From the NCBI GenBank assembly GCA_013239625.1, contig MU054212.1, forward strand, positions 9,224,898 to 9,288,897: DNA of 64,000 bases, written 5' to 3'. How positions within the stretch are numbered: position 1 is the stretch's first letter; every line of letters begins with the position of its first letter. The DNA is from Lama guanicoe (taxonomy: Eukaryota). The position numbers were made by a program, and so were the translations under genes. The notes under the pieces were generated by a model, which was not told where the DNA came from, ran no database searches, and saw only the letters and a program-made list of their open reading frames with translations. This document shows positions 52,956-64,000 of the stretch, one piece after another.

Positions 52956-53555
52956 TAAGAAATATCAAACTTTTAAAAACCTGATTTCTCTGGTCTGCCT
53001 GGAAGCCCACTCCCAGCTTGTGTCTTATGCCACTTTGATAATCATACCTCGTGGGTCTTGATCCAGACTTTTTTTGTGGGAGAGAGGTGGGGAGTAGTCT
53101 TTAAATGTTGGACCAGACGAGAATAAGGAACAGAATCTGCCCTCCAGGGTGACAGCTACCCATTACTCTGCACTTGTGGCACTTAGTTGTTCAGCTGTAA
53201 CCCCCCTCCCTGTGCTCCATCTAGACCTCACAGCTGCCCTCTGGGTAGAAGGATCTTATCAGAGATTTTGTCAGATTTCTTACTAAAAACAAAGTACACT
53301 CTGCTTTTAACATGGTTAAAAGGGGGCGGCCGGGCTTGTAAGCGGCTTTGGGCCTCCATGCTTTGTATGATACGAGCAATTGCCGACTTAAAACTACTCA
53401 AGTAAACAAATAGTTTCCATTTGGAATGTCATGAAACTGGAGTCGTTTTATGAAAAGTCCTGTAAAGCCGTTAGGCCTGGTCACAGTAACCGTCTTATCC
53501 CGGACAGATTAAAATTCATTTTGGTGGTGATATATCTGTCCCTTAAGCTATTGTG

Positions 53556-53605
53556 TTGTGTGTGTGTGTGTGTGTGTATCATATATATAAAATATATGCA
53601 TATAA
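53556..53605 (+). repeat. (TG)n microsatellite followed by a TA-rich tract
   Basis: Directly visible. Confidence 0.9.
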
Positions 53606-54629
53606 AATCTATTTACGGCATTTGTATATGTGTATGTAATACATCTAATATTCGTTCTGACTGCTCTATTCTCCCTGGTAAGCTGGTTGCCCAGATGACG
53701 GTTGCTCCTGTGTGACCTGGATTCCTTTCCACTCACTATTGGACGCCCATCTGGCCACCCACCCATACATGCAGCAGGCTGTGAAAACCGCCAAATAAAA
53801 TCCCTCAAAACACATGTTATGAAAGTTACAAACTCGATTAACAAAAATCCCTTAAATGTTTCTCTCCCTTAAAGTCACACCCACTTTGTTCTTCTGAAGG
53901 CAATGTCGGAATCTCTTTGCTCCCAAATGTACATCTGGGTCTTTTTCCAAGTGTGCGTTTTACTTGCTGCTTGTGTCTCCTCTGTTTGCAAAATATGTAC
54001 TTGAATCGCATCTCTAACTTACGTGTTCAGATTGGACCCCCTCCAGATAAAAAGCAATTCTCTAGAAAGTAGAGGACAAGGAATCTTGGGTCGTACTTAT
54101 GTATAAAAGAGGACCCAGCTGTGCCCTTAATTCATCTTACACACAGATCTTGAGTAGTGCTAAGTGGTGATAGATGCCATATATTATACACTCTTCTGTT
54201 ATGTGTCATAGCATATACTCCATCATGTCATATCTCTAGTATATAATATCAGGTAGTAATAAGAACCGAGAAGAAAAATTAAGAATATAAATGGGACAGG
54301 GAGTGGCAAGGAGGTGCTGTTTTACGTAGGGTAGTTACGGGAGGGCTTCTTGGAGGAGGTGATATTCGGACACACTTGTGGGATGAGAGAGAGCAATCCA
54401 GGCAGCTGTCTGGCCAAAATGCTCTGCGTGTAGGAAGAGCTGGCACTGGACGCCTTGTCAGGGCCTGTGTCCTCACGCCCCTCCTCACAGGCCCTGCAGG
54501 CTCTCAGCTCTGCCGTGTCCCCCTGGAGTCCCCTACACACCACACCGGGAGCCTGAGGCCCTGAGATGGGCTTGTTCAAGGAATCACGGGGGGTCAAATG
54601 TGGCAAAGGTCAGGGGGTAGGGAGGCCGG

Positions 54630-55385
54630 TTTTGTGTGGATACACCACATCCTGTTTATCTAGTCATCTCTTGATGGGCATTTGGATTGCTTCCACTTTT
54701 TGGCGATTATGAATAATGTTGCCATGGAATTTGGGGTAGGTTTTCTGTGGACACACAGTTTCATTTCTTCCGAGTATCTGCACATGGATGGAATTGCTGG
54801 GTCATATAGTAGCTCTGTGTTTAACTCTTGATCAACTGTGTCTTCACAGCAGCTGAACAGGTTTGTGCTCCCACCAGGGCTGTGTGAGCGTTCCAGTGTG
54901 GTTTCTCCCCAACACTAGTCATGGTCTGTCTTCCGTTCTAGCCATCGTAGTGAGTGTCAGGTGGTGTCCCCGCATGGTTTTCATTTGCCTTCCCCTAATG
55001 ACTTGCCATGTAGAGCATCTTTTCATGGACTTATTGGCTATTTGCCAATAACTTTTTCTAGAACTGTCTATTTAGATCTTTTGTCCATTTTTATTTGTCT
55101 TTTTAGTGTTGAACCATAACATATTTTTATATATTCTGGATACCAGTCCCTTGTCAGACATGATTTGCAAATATTTTCTCCAGTTCTGAGGGTTGTCTTT
55201 TTAATCTTGAGAGTATCCTTTGAAACACAGAAGTTTTTAATTTTGATCAAGTCCCATTTATCTATTTTTTTTTTCCTTTGGGTGCTTATACTTTTGGTAT
55301 CATATCTAAGAAATCATTTCCTAATCCAGTTGTGAAAATTTATACTTTGTTTTCTTCTGAGTTTTGTAATTTTAGCTAGCATTTT
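54630..55385 (-). mobile_element. Old L1 ORF2 3' fragment
   Basis: ttgatgggcatttggattgcttccacttt, ggaattgctgggtcatat and atttgcaaatattttctcc. Minus ORF 55068-55250 starts IKIKNFCVSKD, which is L1 ORF2-like. Confidence 0.85.
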
Positions 55386-56291
55386 TGGTTTCCAATAGCA
55401 TTTTTCCAGCTCCCTTTATTTTAAATGCATGTCATATGCTTTCCTTTAGTGTTTCTTCACAAAAGGGATAAACCAGTGTTCCTCGTTTGAAAAACAAACC
55501 AAACTGCTATTAAAACTGCACAAATTAGAGCAATCAAAAAAGGGTTTTGTCTACAGTTAGTGGTATCATTTATGTAATACCATTGGTTCTACAAAAAATT
55601 TTTTCTGTCTCCTAGTATCTTCTTTCTCATTTCCTGATAACTAAAAATTAGGCACTTCTTTGTCCATTTGATTTCTTTTCCAAAAGTTTTAAGTAATTAG
55701 AATCCAGTAATTTTTAATTTGTGAACTAAATAGCTGAAATAATTTGATTTGGGGCTGCTTATTTGGTGTGTCCCAATTAAATTAAGATTGTATATAATAT
55801 TGCAAGAGAATATTTCAAAATATTTACTGAGAGAAAACTTCATAAGCATCTTTTTATAAACCATTAAACATGTTATTCATAATATGTTCACATCAATTCC
55901 ATGTAGTCACGAAAGCGGTTCCAAAAAAATTCCTAAGCAATATTTCTTCATCCCTTATTCAATTTTCATATGATCTAGAAACTGCAATGTTTTTCTTAAA
56001 ATAGTACTTTATCATTCTTCTTATAAAAAGTTTTATGTAACCATTTGGAAACACATTAAAACACAAATGAGCAAAAAGGAAAAGTAATTAATGTGCTCAA
56101 ATACCACCCCCTAGACGTAACCTCCATCAGCGAGAAACTGAGCTGAACTTGCATTTTCACTCTTCAGCATCAAAACCCCAAGAACAAAGAACCGTGTCCT
56201 TGGCTGGCTGGTTTCTTACTGAAAGTTTGCAGACAGCTGATTTTTGTTCCCCACACCTGAGGTCCTTGCCACCATGGTCTTTTCACTGCAG

Positions 56292-56484
56292 GTTCCATTC
56301 CTTTTTGCTCTTCATGGGTCACCCACCTTACGCGATTCGGGAAGTGAACATAAACAAGTTCTGCAGGATCATCAGCGAGTTCGCACTGGAGTATCGCACC
56401 ACCAGGGAACGGGTTTTGCAGCAGAAACAGAAACGGGCCAACCACAGGGAGAGAAATAAGACCAGAGGGAAGATGATCACCGAT
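56292..56484 (+). CDS. FHOD3: FHOD3 exon at the end of FH2 ([64 protein letters not shown])
   Basis: Acceptor ttttcactgcag| and donor GAT|gtaagt; 193 nt, phase 2/0, which completes the split Arg codon of the previous exon. Confidence 0.96.
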
Positions 56485-57843
56485 GTAAGTTTCATGAAAT
56501 CAGTTTCCTTATGCCATTTATTCTGAAATTCCGATTAATCATAAAACCTCCCCATTGTTTGAAGGCTGTTCTTTTTTATTTTTTTGACTGTGAAATAAAT
56601 TTCCTCTTTTAAAAGGCGCTCTTAAACTGCCCCTCTACCATTTCAGTGAAAATCTGAGATATAGCAGACATGGAACTAAGATGTACATTAAGGACGTGTG
56701 GCTGGTGGGGGAACTTTAACCCACCACACAGTTCATTTACTTGGTGTGTTATATGGTGCTGATGACATTCAACGCTTGATTCTGCTTTCAACCTTTGTGA
56801 TGTGGGTAGACTTAGAAGAGGAGAAGAAATAATATAAAATATGATAATGACACAGCATAGGAAGATACATGTACTGATTTGGGAATAGATTCAGGATTTT
56901 AATTATCGTAACAATACTGTAACCAATCAGTTGACACCTGGACCACCATTCTAGGCATCTGAATGGAGGAATAATTGATGTGGTTGCTCAAAGACATAAT
57001 TTGGTGGGCTCTTGGCAGTCCCTTGAGTTAGAGATTATCAGGGTTGGAGGAGAGCCTAGAGGACAGCGAATTAGCAGGAGTTCCTTGTAGCCCCTTGGGG
57101 GGCCCTGCACACTTGAATGCCTCCCCTGCTCCTTGGCTCTTCCCCCATCTCTTCCACCTCACCCCTGAGCCCACCCGCTCCAGGATGCAGTGGGCACTCA
57201 GACGGGAGATACTCGTTAAGTGGAGGGCAAAGCAATGCGTGAAGATGCCAGGGACAGACAAAGACATGCAGTGTAGGTGCCTCTTTCTGATGTGCCTTTA
57301 TGAAACTTAGCCCATCTTTATATATCTGAGAGGCAGTGAGATCCAGGGAATGGAATAGGTAAAGGATTAAGCTATAGGGAATGGCATCGTCCAGGAGGTT
57401 GCAAGCCTCTGCTGAACTCAAGTCAGGCAGATTTCTCTGGGGAGGAGTAAAATCCATTAAGAAGGCCTCACTGAGGCTGCCTCCTGTGTCACATGGGCGC
57501 TCAGGGGTAGGAAAACAGGGTACGTGGTTACTCTGCATATTCCCCAGGGGTTGACCCTCTCGGATGCGTTATCTTAGAAATCCTGTTGCAGTCTTTAAGG
57601 CATTTCTGAGGAGAACCAGGGACTACTCAGCTCCGCATTCATCCCACCCTTGACTCCTTGTTTCCTTGGAATTTTCTGGACGCTTAGGGAGTGCTCGGAT
57701 CACTTTTCTGCAGAAAGGACCCTTTCTGCAGACAGTTCTGAATGCCAGTGCCAGCAGCCGAGTCTTCCATCTCCTCTCCTGAAGTCTGGGTTCAATTGGA
57801 TCTTTAAAAGCTTCCCGGAGGACAGCAACTCAGAATGCAAACT

Positions 57844-58239
57844 GAATCTGCTTGGGCAAACTACGGCCCACATTTCATTCCAAAGCATTATTTTTAAAAG
57901 TTTTAAAAGTGGAGTGCTTATTTTTGTGGGAATGAGACACACTGGAGAGTGAAAAACACAAGCCCAATATGCTTATAGTTATGAAAATACATCAAAATTT
58001 CCTGTCAAATTCTTGAGATTTTTTTTTACAGTTCCCACTAAGAATCCGCTTGGGCAAACTACGGCCCACATTTCATTCCAAAGCATTATTTTTAAAAGTT
58101 TTAAAAGTGGAGTGCTTATTTTTGTGGGAATGAGACACACTGGAGAGTGAAAAACACAAGCCCAATATGCTTATAGTTATGAAAATACATCAAAATTTCC
58201 TGTCAAATTCTTGAGATTTTTTTTTACAGTTCCCACTAA
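57844..58239 (+). repeat. Direct tandem duplication, 2 x 198 bp
   Basis: 57844-58041 and 58042-58239 are identical except T57849 versus C58047. Confidence 0.95.
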
Positions 58240-60228
58240 TTTTTAAATTCTGTCCTTCTCTGAAAATATTCAGCCTCCCTACTTATAAACAGGGGTGAAT
58301 GTTTCTAGAATTTGACTCAAAAATATTTAAATTCCTATTAAAATCTGGACAGTGCAGGCTTCTTTGAGTTTAATCCTCGTGGTGGTCCCTGTTTTTAGTG
58401 GTGCAGGTGGTGCCATTTGTGTGGAAAGCCTGCCATCTGCTGGAAGGTTAGGATATTGACACTTAAAGCGAAGTGTGCAGCTTCAGGTTTTTCCAGCTCT
58501 CAATTCAGCACCCGTTGTGTGCCCAGCAAGGTACAGGACACCTAGGAAAATGTGAATGCAGTAAAAGACAAGCTTGTACCCCTAGGATATCGTGATCTGG
58601 CTATAAAACAACACGCATACACAACTTAGACCGCCGAAAACAAAATAGATGGAGAATCACGGAGCCCTGAGTACCAGAGCTGGAAGCACTTTTTAGGGAA
58701 AGCTGTAGTCAAGTCATTTTTTATACAGATGCTGAATAATGAGGATGGAAGTGGTTACAATTAAACAGAGATGACTTTAGGAAAGCCAGAGTTTTATAAG
58801 ACACAGAGAAGTCGGGGTAAACTCTGAATACCCTACATTGTAGTCAGCCGTCATCTGGTTTTGTGTGCCTGTTTCTCCTCTTCTTTCTGTTTCTGAATAT
58901 GCAAGAGGCTTCCTCTGTTACCACCCAGGGGTCCTGCCAGGTAAGGGTCAGTGAGAAACTAATTCATTCCTCATCATCGTGTCCCAAACTAGTTCGAGAC
59001 AAATTGGGGACCCAGACAAGGCAGCACATGGCCCTTTCTGCTGTCATTGCACTCCAGATGGGCTGTGAGAACTCGGGCTGTTGAAACCCAGGACTCCCCC
59101 ATCACAGGGCGGTGGTCGTCCTCCGTGAGACATGTGATCGCTCTCAACCCAGCTTCCACTCCTGGGGGAAGGAAATGCTAGTGACTCAGGGGATACTGAG
59201 AGCTAGAGATTTTATATATGCAACACCTTTCACATCTGCTAATTGCTTAAAAAAAAAAGTCAACCATCTGGTTAAATAAACGCTTAGATTAAAAAAAATA
59301 GTGGAACAGGACTGTCATCTCTTGTCACAGGCCATTTGCCTAGAAGCGATGCGGAGCATGAGAAACTGGAAGCATTTTGTCATTTCGGCTCCCAAAGTAT
59401 AGTCACTTCTGGAAAAGCTGTGTCTGATTTGCTGGCCTGGCTTGTAACCTCAGTGAAAACACAGGTTCAACTGAGGGTTTGTTTAATTTTAAAATTAAGA
59501 CACTGGCATGAATTTCACCCTCAATTTAGTTTTGAAAAAGGGATATTTTATTTAGTTCTTTAAAGACATTTGTCTGGTGATCATGAGAAGAATGGCCTGT
59601 CAGATCAGACAGCCTCCATGAGGGACAGGTAAGACTTTTAAAATAACTTAATTCCATGTTTCTGAGGAAAGAGTAACAGGACCCGTTCTGCCTGGATAGT
59701 CGTTCACTCGTCCTGCCGGGCCTGTGCGTGGCAGGATTCGCGGGGACCCAGACCCAGCAGCCTGGGCTGGGAGGGGTCCAGGGCCCGGGATAAGAGGTAG
59801 AGACGACAGCTGAGGGGTGGGAACAGGCAGGTGGAGGCTGTGAACTTACTGAGGTCCCAATGGCTGGCGGCGGCGGCGGGTTCCACAGGACGTGGCCAGC
59901 CAAGTGGCAGGTCCCAGAGTGAGGTCTGCAGTGGCAGGGGACCAGGTAAGCTGGTTATCATCCTCCTTGGCGGCCTCAGGAGAGTGGTCTGGAGCCCTAC
60001 AAGCCCCTCCCGACTTGGGGCTTTTGGAGAGAGTGTCCGGACAAGGGCAGGGCCATGCAGGCAGGGCCCGGCAGCTCCCAGATCAAGAGGGTGCACCCCA
60101 GTTGTGGCAGCCGATTTGTTTGTTTAGACTATGATGTGATATTAATGAGATGGTCTCATCTTTGCTGACTCCTATGCCTTCTGTGAATCCCCTCTGTCTT
60201 TTCTGTCCTGTCCTGTCCTCCGGGGTAG

Positions 60229-60252
60229 ACTGATGAAGAGGATGAAGTCGAG
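60229..60252 (+). CDS. FHOD3: FHOD3 24-nt alternative microexon TDEEDEVE (striated-muscle isoform, CK2 phosphorylation site)
   Basis: Long pyrimidine tract, then ggggtag|ACT GAT GAA GAG GAT GAA GTC GAG|gtagga. Phase 0/0 between ..KMITD and SGKFSG.. Fits the known T(D/E)5XE insert. Confidence 0.92.
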
Positions 60253-61179
60253 GTAGGACAGTTTATAAACCTGAAGAATGCCACACTTGACCTCCCCAGG
60301 TGTGCTGAGAGTCTAACCTGAGCAGCATGACGTGCCAGCCCTGCTCAGGGCTCTAAACCTTGCATGAGTGTTTTCTGGTTGGTTTCCCGGGATCACTAAC
60401 CTCCTTACATGGGTTCTCATCATGCTGTGTATCCCAGGGACTGACTTAAAGGGTGACTGCATTTTCCAAGTTGTCCCTGAGTCCTAGGCCCCGTCAAGAG
60501 TGGCATGTTCAACAGATCTCTTCCTACTGCTGGGCAAATGGGCAGCGAATTTCCCCTCTAGCCCCCTGTGGAGCCTTTTGGCAATGGAAGTAAGAGAACT
60601 GGATTCTGGAATAATTGCATAAAGAGCTGTCAGAGGAAGCAGGGCAGTGATAAAGAGCCAGGCCTGAGAAATGGTCACCAGCCGTGGACAGCCTCTGTCT
60701 TGGGCCCATTTCCTTGACTGGCATGCACTGGATCCACTGGGGCCAGTATGTGCAGGGGTGGGATGGGCAGTGGCTCCTCCCGCTGACCCTGGTGCAGATG
60801 CCAGAACCAGAGACCAAGGCAGGGCTGCTTGACCCCAGAGGACGAGGGAGGAGCCGTGCAGATGGTATAGGCCACAGATATGTCCCGGGCTCTGGCAGCA
60901 GGGCTGAGACCCTGGATGAAGAGAGGAAGCTGCGAGTCTGTGGAGCTGCTCTTTGCCAACGTTACTCTGACTTTTAATTTTTCATCCAGATGTTTGGCAT
61001 TGGGTACATATGGCCCGATGTTCTAGCAGACCTCTTGCTAAACATATATACCGACTCTTTGGCTAGAATTAGAGAATATTGTTGTGCGAGCGTAATGCTT
61101 GTGAAAACAACTGGAGGTTTGACACAGCAACAAGTAGCGAGCATTGCCAGACGCAGTGGCAGCGTGAATTTCTGTGCCA

Positions 61180-61268
61180 TGTTCTGATCTGGGCCTTGAA
61201 TCAAATCCTTCTGGGGCCTTAGGCAAGTCACTTAATCTTGGAGGGCCTCAGTTTCCTTCTCTGAAAAT
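61180..61268 (+). mobile_element. MIR core fragment
   Basis: ggccttaggcaagtcacttaatcttggagggcctcagtttccttctctgaaaat. Confidence 0.7.
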
Positions 61269-61768
61269 CCTTCCCAGCTTCTGACATTGTATGATTCGGT
61301 GACGGAAGCCCACTTTTAAAATTCTACCATCATGAGTGATATAGAAGAAAATTCTTACTGCTTTCTGGCACTAAATTAAAAAAGGAAAATCTCACTCTAT
61401 TTGATTTACAGGTCATATTTCAACTCTCCTATCAGGGCTTTGGTGTTAGAAACAGACTTGGTTTCTGAGTTCTTCCCAGATCAATGTCAGTCGCCCCCAG
61501 TGGGTTCCCACTGAGGGAATTTGCAGTGACCCACTCCCATGGAGAGTGGGTGTGGTCCTTCTGGGACCAAGGCTTTTCTTCCAATAAGAGAACTTCCCGG
61601 AGATGCAGATGTTTTGTCATTAGTTCCTTGGCCACCATCACTAACGTGACTGCAGAACGCACATAAACAAAACAACAGGAGAGAAGGCTTTCCTAGGCTA
61701 AACGTTTGATGAGGTTGGGGTGGCATCTGGGGAGTCATCTCACGCCCTCACCCGCCTTGGTCTTGCAG

Positions 61769-61943
61769 TCTGGCAAGTTCTCTGGCGGGTCCCCGGCGCC
61801 CCCGAGCCAGCCGCAGGGCCTGAGCTACGCCGAGGATGCTGCTGAGCACGAGAACATGAAGGCTGTGCTGAAGACCTCGTCCCCAGCCGTGGAGGACACC
61901 ACCCCGGCGCTGGGCGTCCGCATGCGCAGCCGAGCAAGCCGAG
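61769..61943 (+). CDS. FHOD3: FHOD3 C-terminal-region exon (SGKFSGGSPAPPSQPQGLSYAEDAAEHENMKAVLKTSSPAVEDTTPALGVRMRSRASR)
   Basis: Acceptor tcttgcag| and donor CGAG|gtaact; 175 nt, phase 0/1. EDAAEHENMKAVLK is characteristic of FHOD proteins. Confidence 0.94.
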
Positions 61944-62172
61944 GTAACTTTGGGGTGGCCACCCTGGGTGTCTGGTCCCCACCGCACAGTACAGGTGACT
62001 GTGCCCAGGATGTGGCTGCTCAGGGCCGTCCACTCCCCAGGTCACACCCCCCACTCCCCCCTTTGTGACCCACCTTTAATAGCGTCATCTCAAAAACAAG
62101 CCACACTCTCCAAAGCTCAACTTAATTCACACAAGAGGAGTTGGGATTGTAAACAACTCCTCCTGGGTTAAA

Positions 62173-62392
62173 GCAGAAATCAGCCAACACTGGCCCCCAG
62201 GCCAGATTCAGCCGGCCATGTATTCTCATAAATAAGGTCTTAAAGGAACACAGCCACATTTTCTTGCTTGTGTTGGCTGTAGTGTTTTGCGCTGCAATGG
62301 CAGAGTTGAGAGGTTGTGACAAGACACCGCAGGGACCAGACAGCCTACATTTTTACTCTCAGCTGGGATACAGAAAGTTTGCTGACCCTTGG
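62173..62392. mobile_element. MER58-like hAT remnant
   Basis: ggccagattcagccggcca..aaataaggt..gaacacagccaca..gctgcaatggcagagttgag..ttgtgaca..cagaaagtttgctgaccc. Confidence 0.75.
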
Positions 62393-64000
62393 ATTAAAAT
62401 GCTGTCCCTTTCTGCCTTTTAAATCCTTGGAGGCAGAGAGGAAACTAAAACTTCGAGATGGTAAAGACAGATGAGAAGTTCCAGGGTTGTTTTATAACTT
62501 GGGAGGGATTTTTTATTTTAATTAAGAATTAAGATGCGTTTTTCATCTGAAAACATTTACCCGCATTTCCCAGGTCTGATCTGATACCACGTTAAACTTC
62601 CTACATCTCCTCACTGCCTGCAGGATGCAGCCCACACCGCTCATGCTGTTGTCAGAGGTCCCCTGTGGTCTGGTCCCTTCCTGGCTCCCACACTTGGCTT
62701 TTACTTGGTCCCACATCTTGGGCACCTCCCTGCTCTGCACACCCTGTGTCTCCGGGAGCCCTGCTGGTGCTCATATGTCCCCTTTTCCTCTGCCTGTTTA
62801 GTCCCCTGTCACCTCCAGAATCTGCCTCACCGTGTACTCCTGAGACCCTAGGTTAAGTCATCTAAAGATGACGGACTTTATAACCAAAGAGAATGAATTC
62901 CCGCAGGATGGGCGTCTCCCCTTGGTGTCTGCTTAGCACACAGTGTGCGCAGCTAGAAGAAGCCATGTATTTGTTGCCCAAATTGGAAAGCTTTAGAGTG
63001 TAAAGGGGTAGTAATTATAGTGGTAAAACACAGTAAAACTTTTTTAGAGTAAAACTTTTTATAGTGGTAAAAATAAGTAAAACTGAACATGCCAGGTAGA
63101 CTGGACCGTGGGTTTCCTTACATGTCACAGAACCTCAGCAATGAACGAGTGTGGGCAGCATCCATCAGGCACTGTCCTAGGCTCCCCCGAGCATTCGGGT
63201 TCAGAAGATGTTAGGATGGCAGCCAGGATGCTGGGGGCTGCGGTCCGGAGAAGCCCCTGAGAAGCCCCATAAGTGACTTCTAACTGGCGCTGCTGACTCT
63301 TTTTTTTTTTCCCTTTTTAATTTTGCTCTTAACAACCACATTAAATATGAAAAACTCATGATGGCAGTAACAACTTCAACATAAGCGAAAAAAGCAAAGG
63401 CAGTTCCAAGTTTTCTTCAGAGGAGGGGGGTCATGTGGTGCATATGGTTTCTCAGAGTTTCTCATAAACCAGGGGCCGCAAGTTACCATCAAGGAGGCGT
63501 CCTGGCCGGGCCTCCAGGCTGTGTTCTAAGACCCCTACGATTTATGTGGAATCCCCAGTAAAGCTGCACTTCGGGCCTTTTTTTAAATAAATGGCCAAGT
63601 GATTTTCGTATTTCACAGGAGTACAGTATCACTGAATCTGGTTCCTTCTCCTCTTTTTAATGCCGGCCATTGCACGGGGCTTTTACTTTGCTGTGCAGCT
63701 AAGAATGTTCTGGACGAAGGGCTGCCTCTCTTTACCCTTCCCCAGGGTTACCCCGACGGAGACACAGATGATAAGTCAAAAAGTCACCCCGCCTACTACA
63801 ATCCTGACTCCCAGACTATACCCCGAATACGTGCGCGCATTATTATTACATCAAAGAATCACAGGTTAGGGATCTCTGGGGTTTGGTCTTTCCAAACCCT
63901 CTGCCTGGTAGGCAGTTTTGGATACGGAGTTAGGAGAAGAAAATTCAATTATGATTTGTCAGTGCAAAGGGAGCCTTTGGGTGACTAACAGTAGACTGAG

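Noticed and set aside
63016..63084. Degenerate short repeats (tatagtggtaaaa x2, agtaaaact x3)
   Set aside because: Small AT-rich slippage duplication with no repeat-spacer regularity; not CRISPR-like.
1..64000. Prokaryotic-type systems (CRISPR, operons, defence islands) or a nested novel gene
   Set aside because: The sequence is a spliced mammalian gene with typical eutherian repeats. I saw no regular repeat-spacer array, no intact retroelement ORF and no second exon chain on either strand.

Overview
Mammalian genomic DNA, almost certainly camelid because of the tRNA-Ala-derived Vic-1-type SINEs. The whole window lies inside the 3' half of the formin gene FHOD3 on the + strand. Eleven coding exons can be read with GT-AG boundaries: 210-424, 13073-13320, 19501-20381 (FH1 polyproline and start of FH2), 32966-33124, 41782-41964, 43575-43694, 44434-44595, 49967-50157, 56292-56484, a 24-nt microexon at 60229-60252 and 61769-61943. 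The start and the final DAD-encoding exons are not in the window. Introns contain ordinary SINE, L1, L2, MIR, MaLR and hAT remnants. Points worth a second look: the striated-muscle CK2-site microexon (TDEEDEVE, absent from the ORF track) with downstream RBFOX/QKI motifs; an apparent frameshifting deletion in the GC-rich exon at 13073-13320; a candidate unannotated exon at 63699-63864; a 198-bp near-perfect tandem duplication; and inverted L1 3' ends flanking four FH2 exons. I found no evidence of a new biological system. Nearly all other ORF-track entries are chance intronic ORFs. Repeat names and edges were judged by eye and are approximate.
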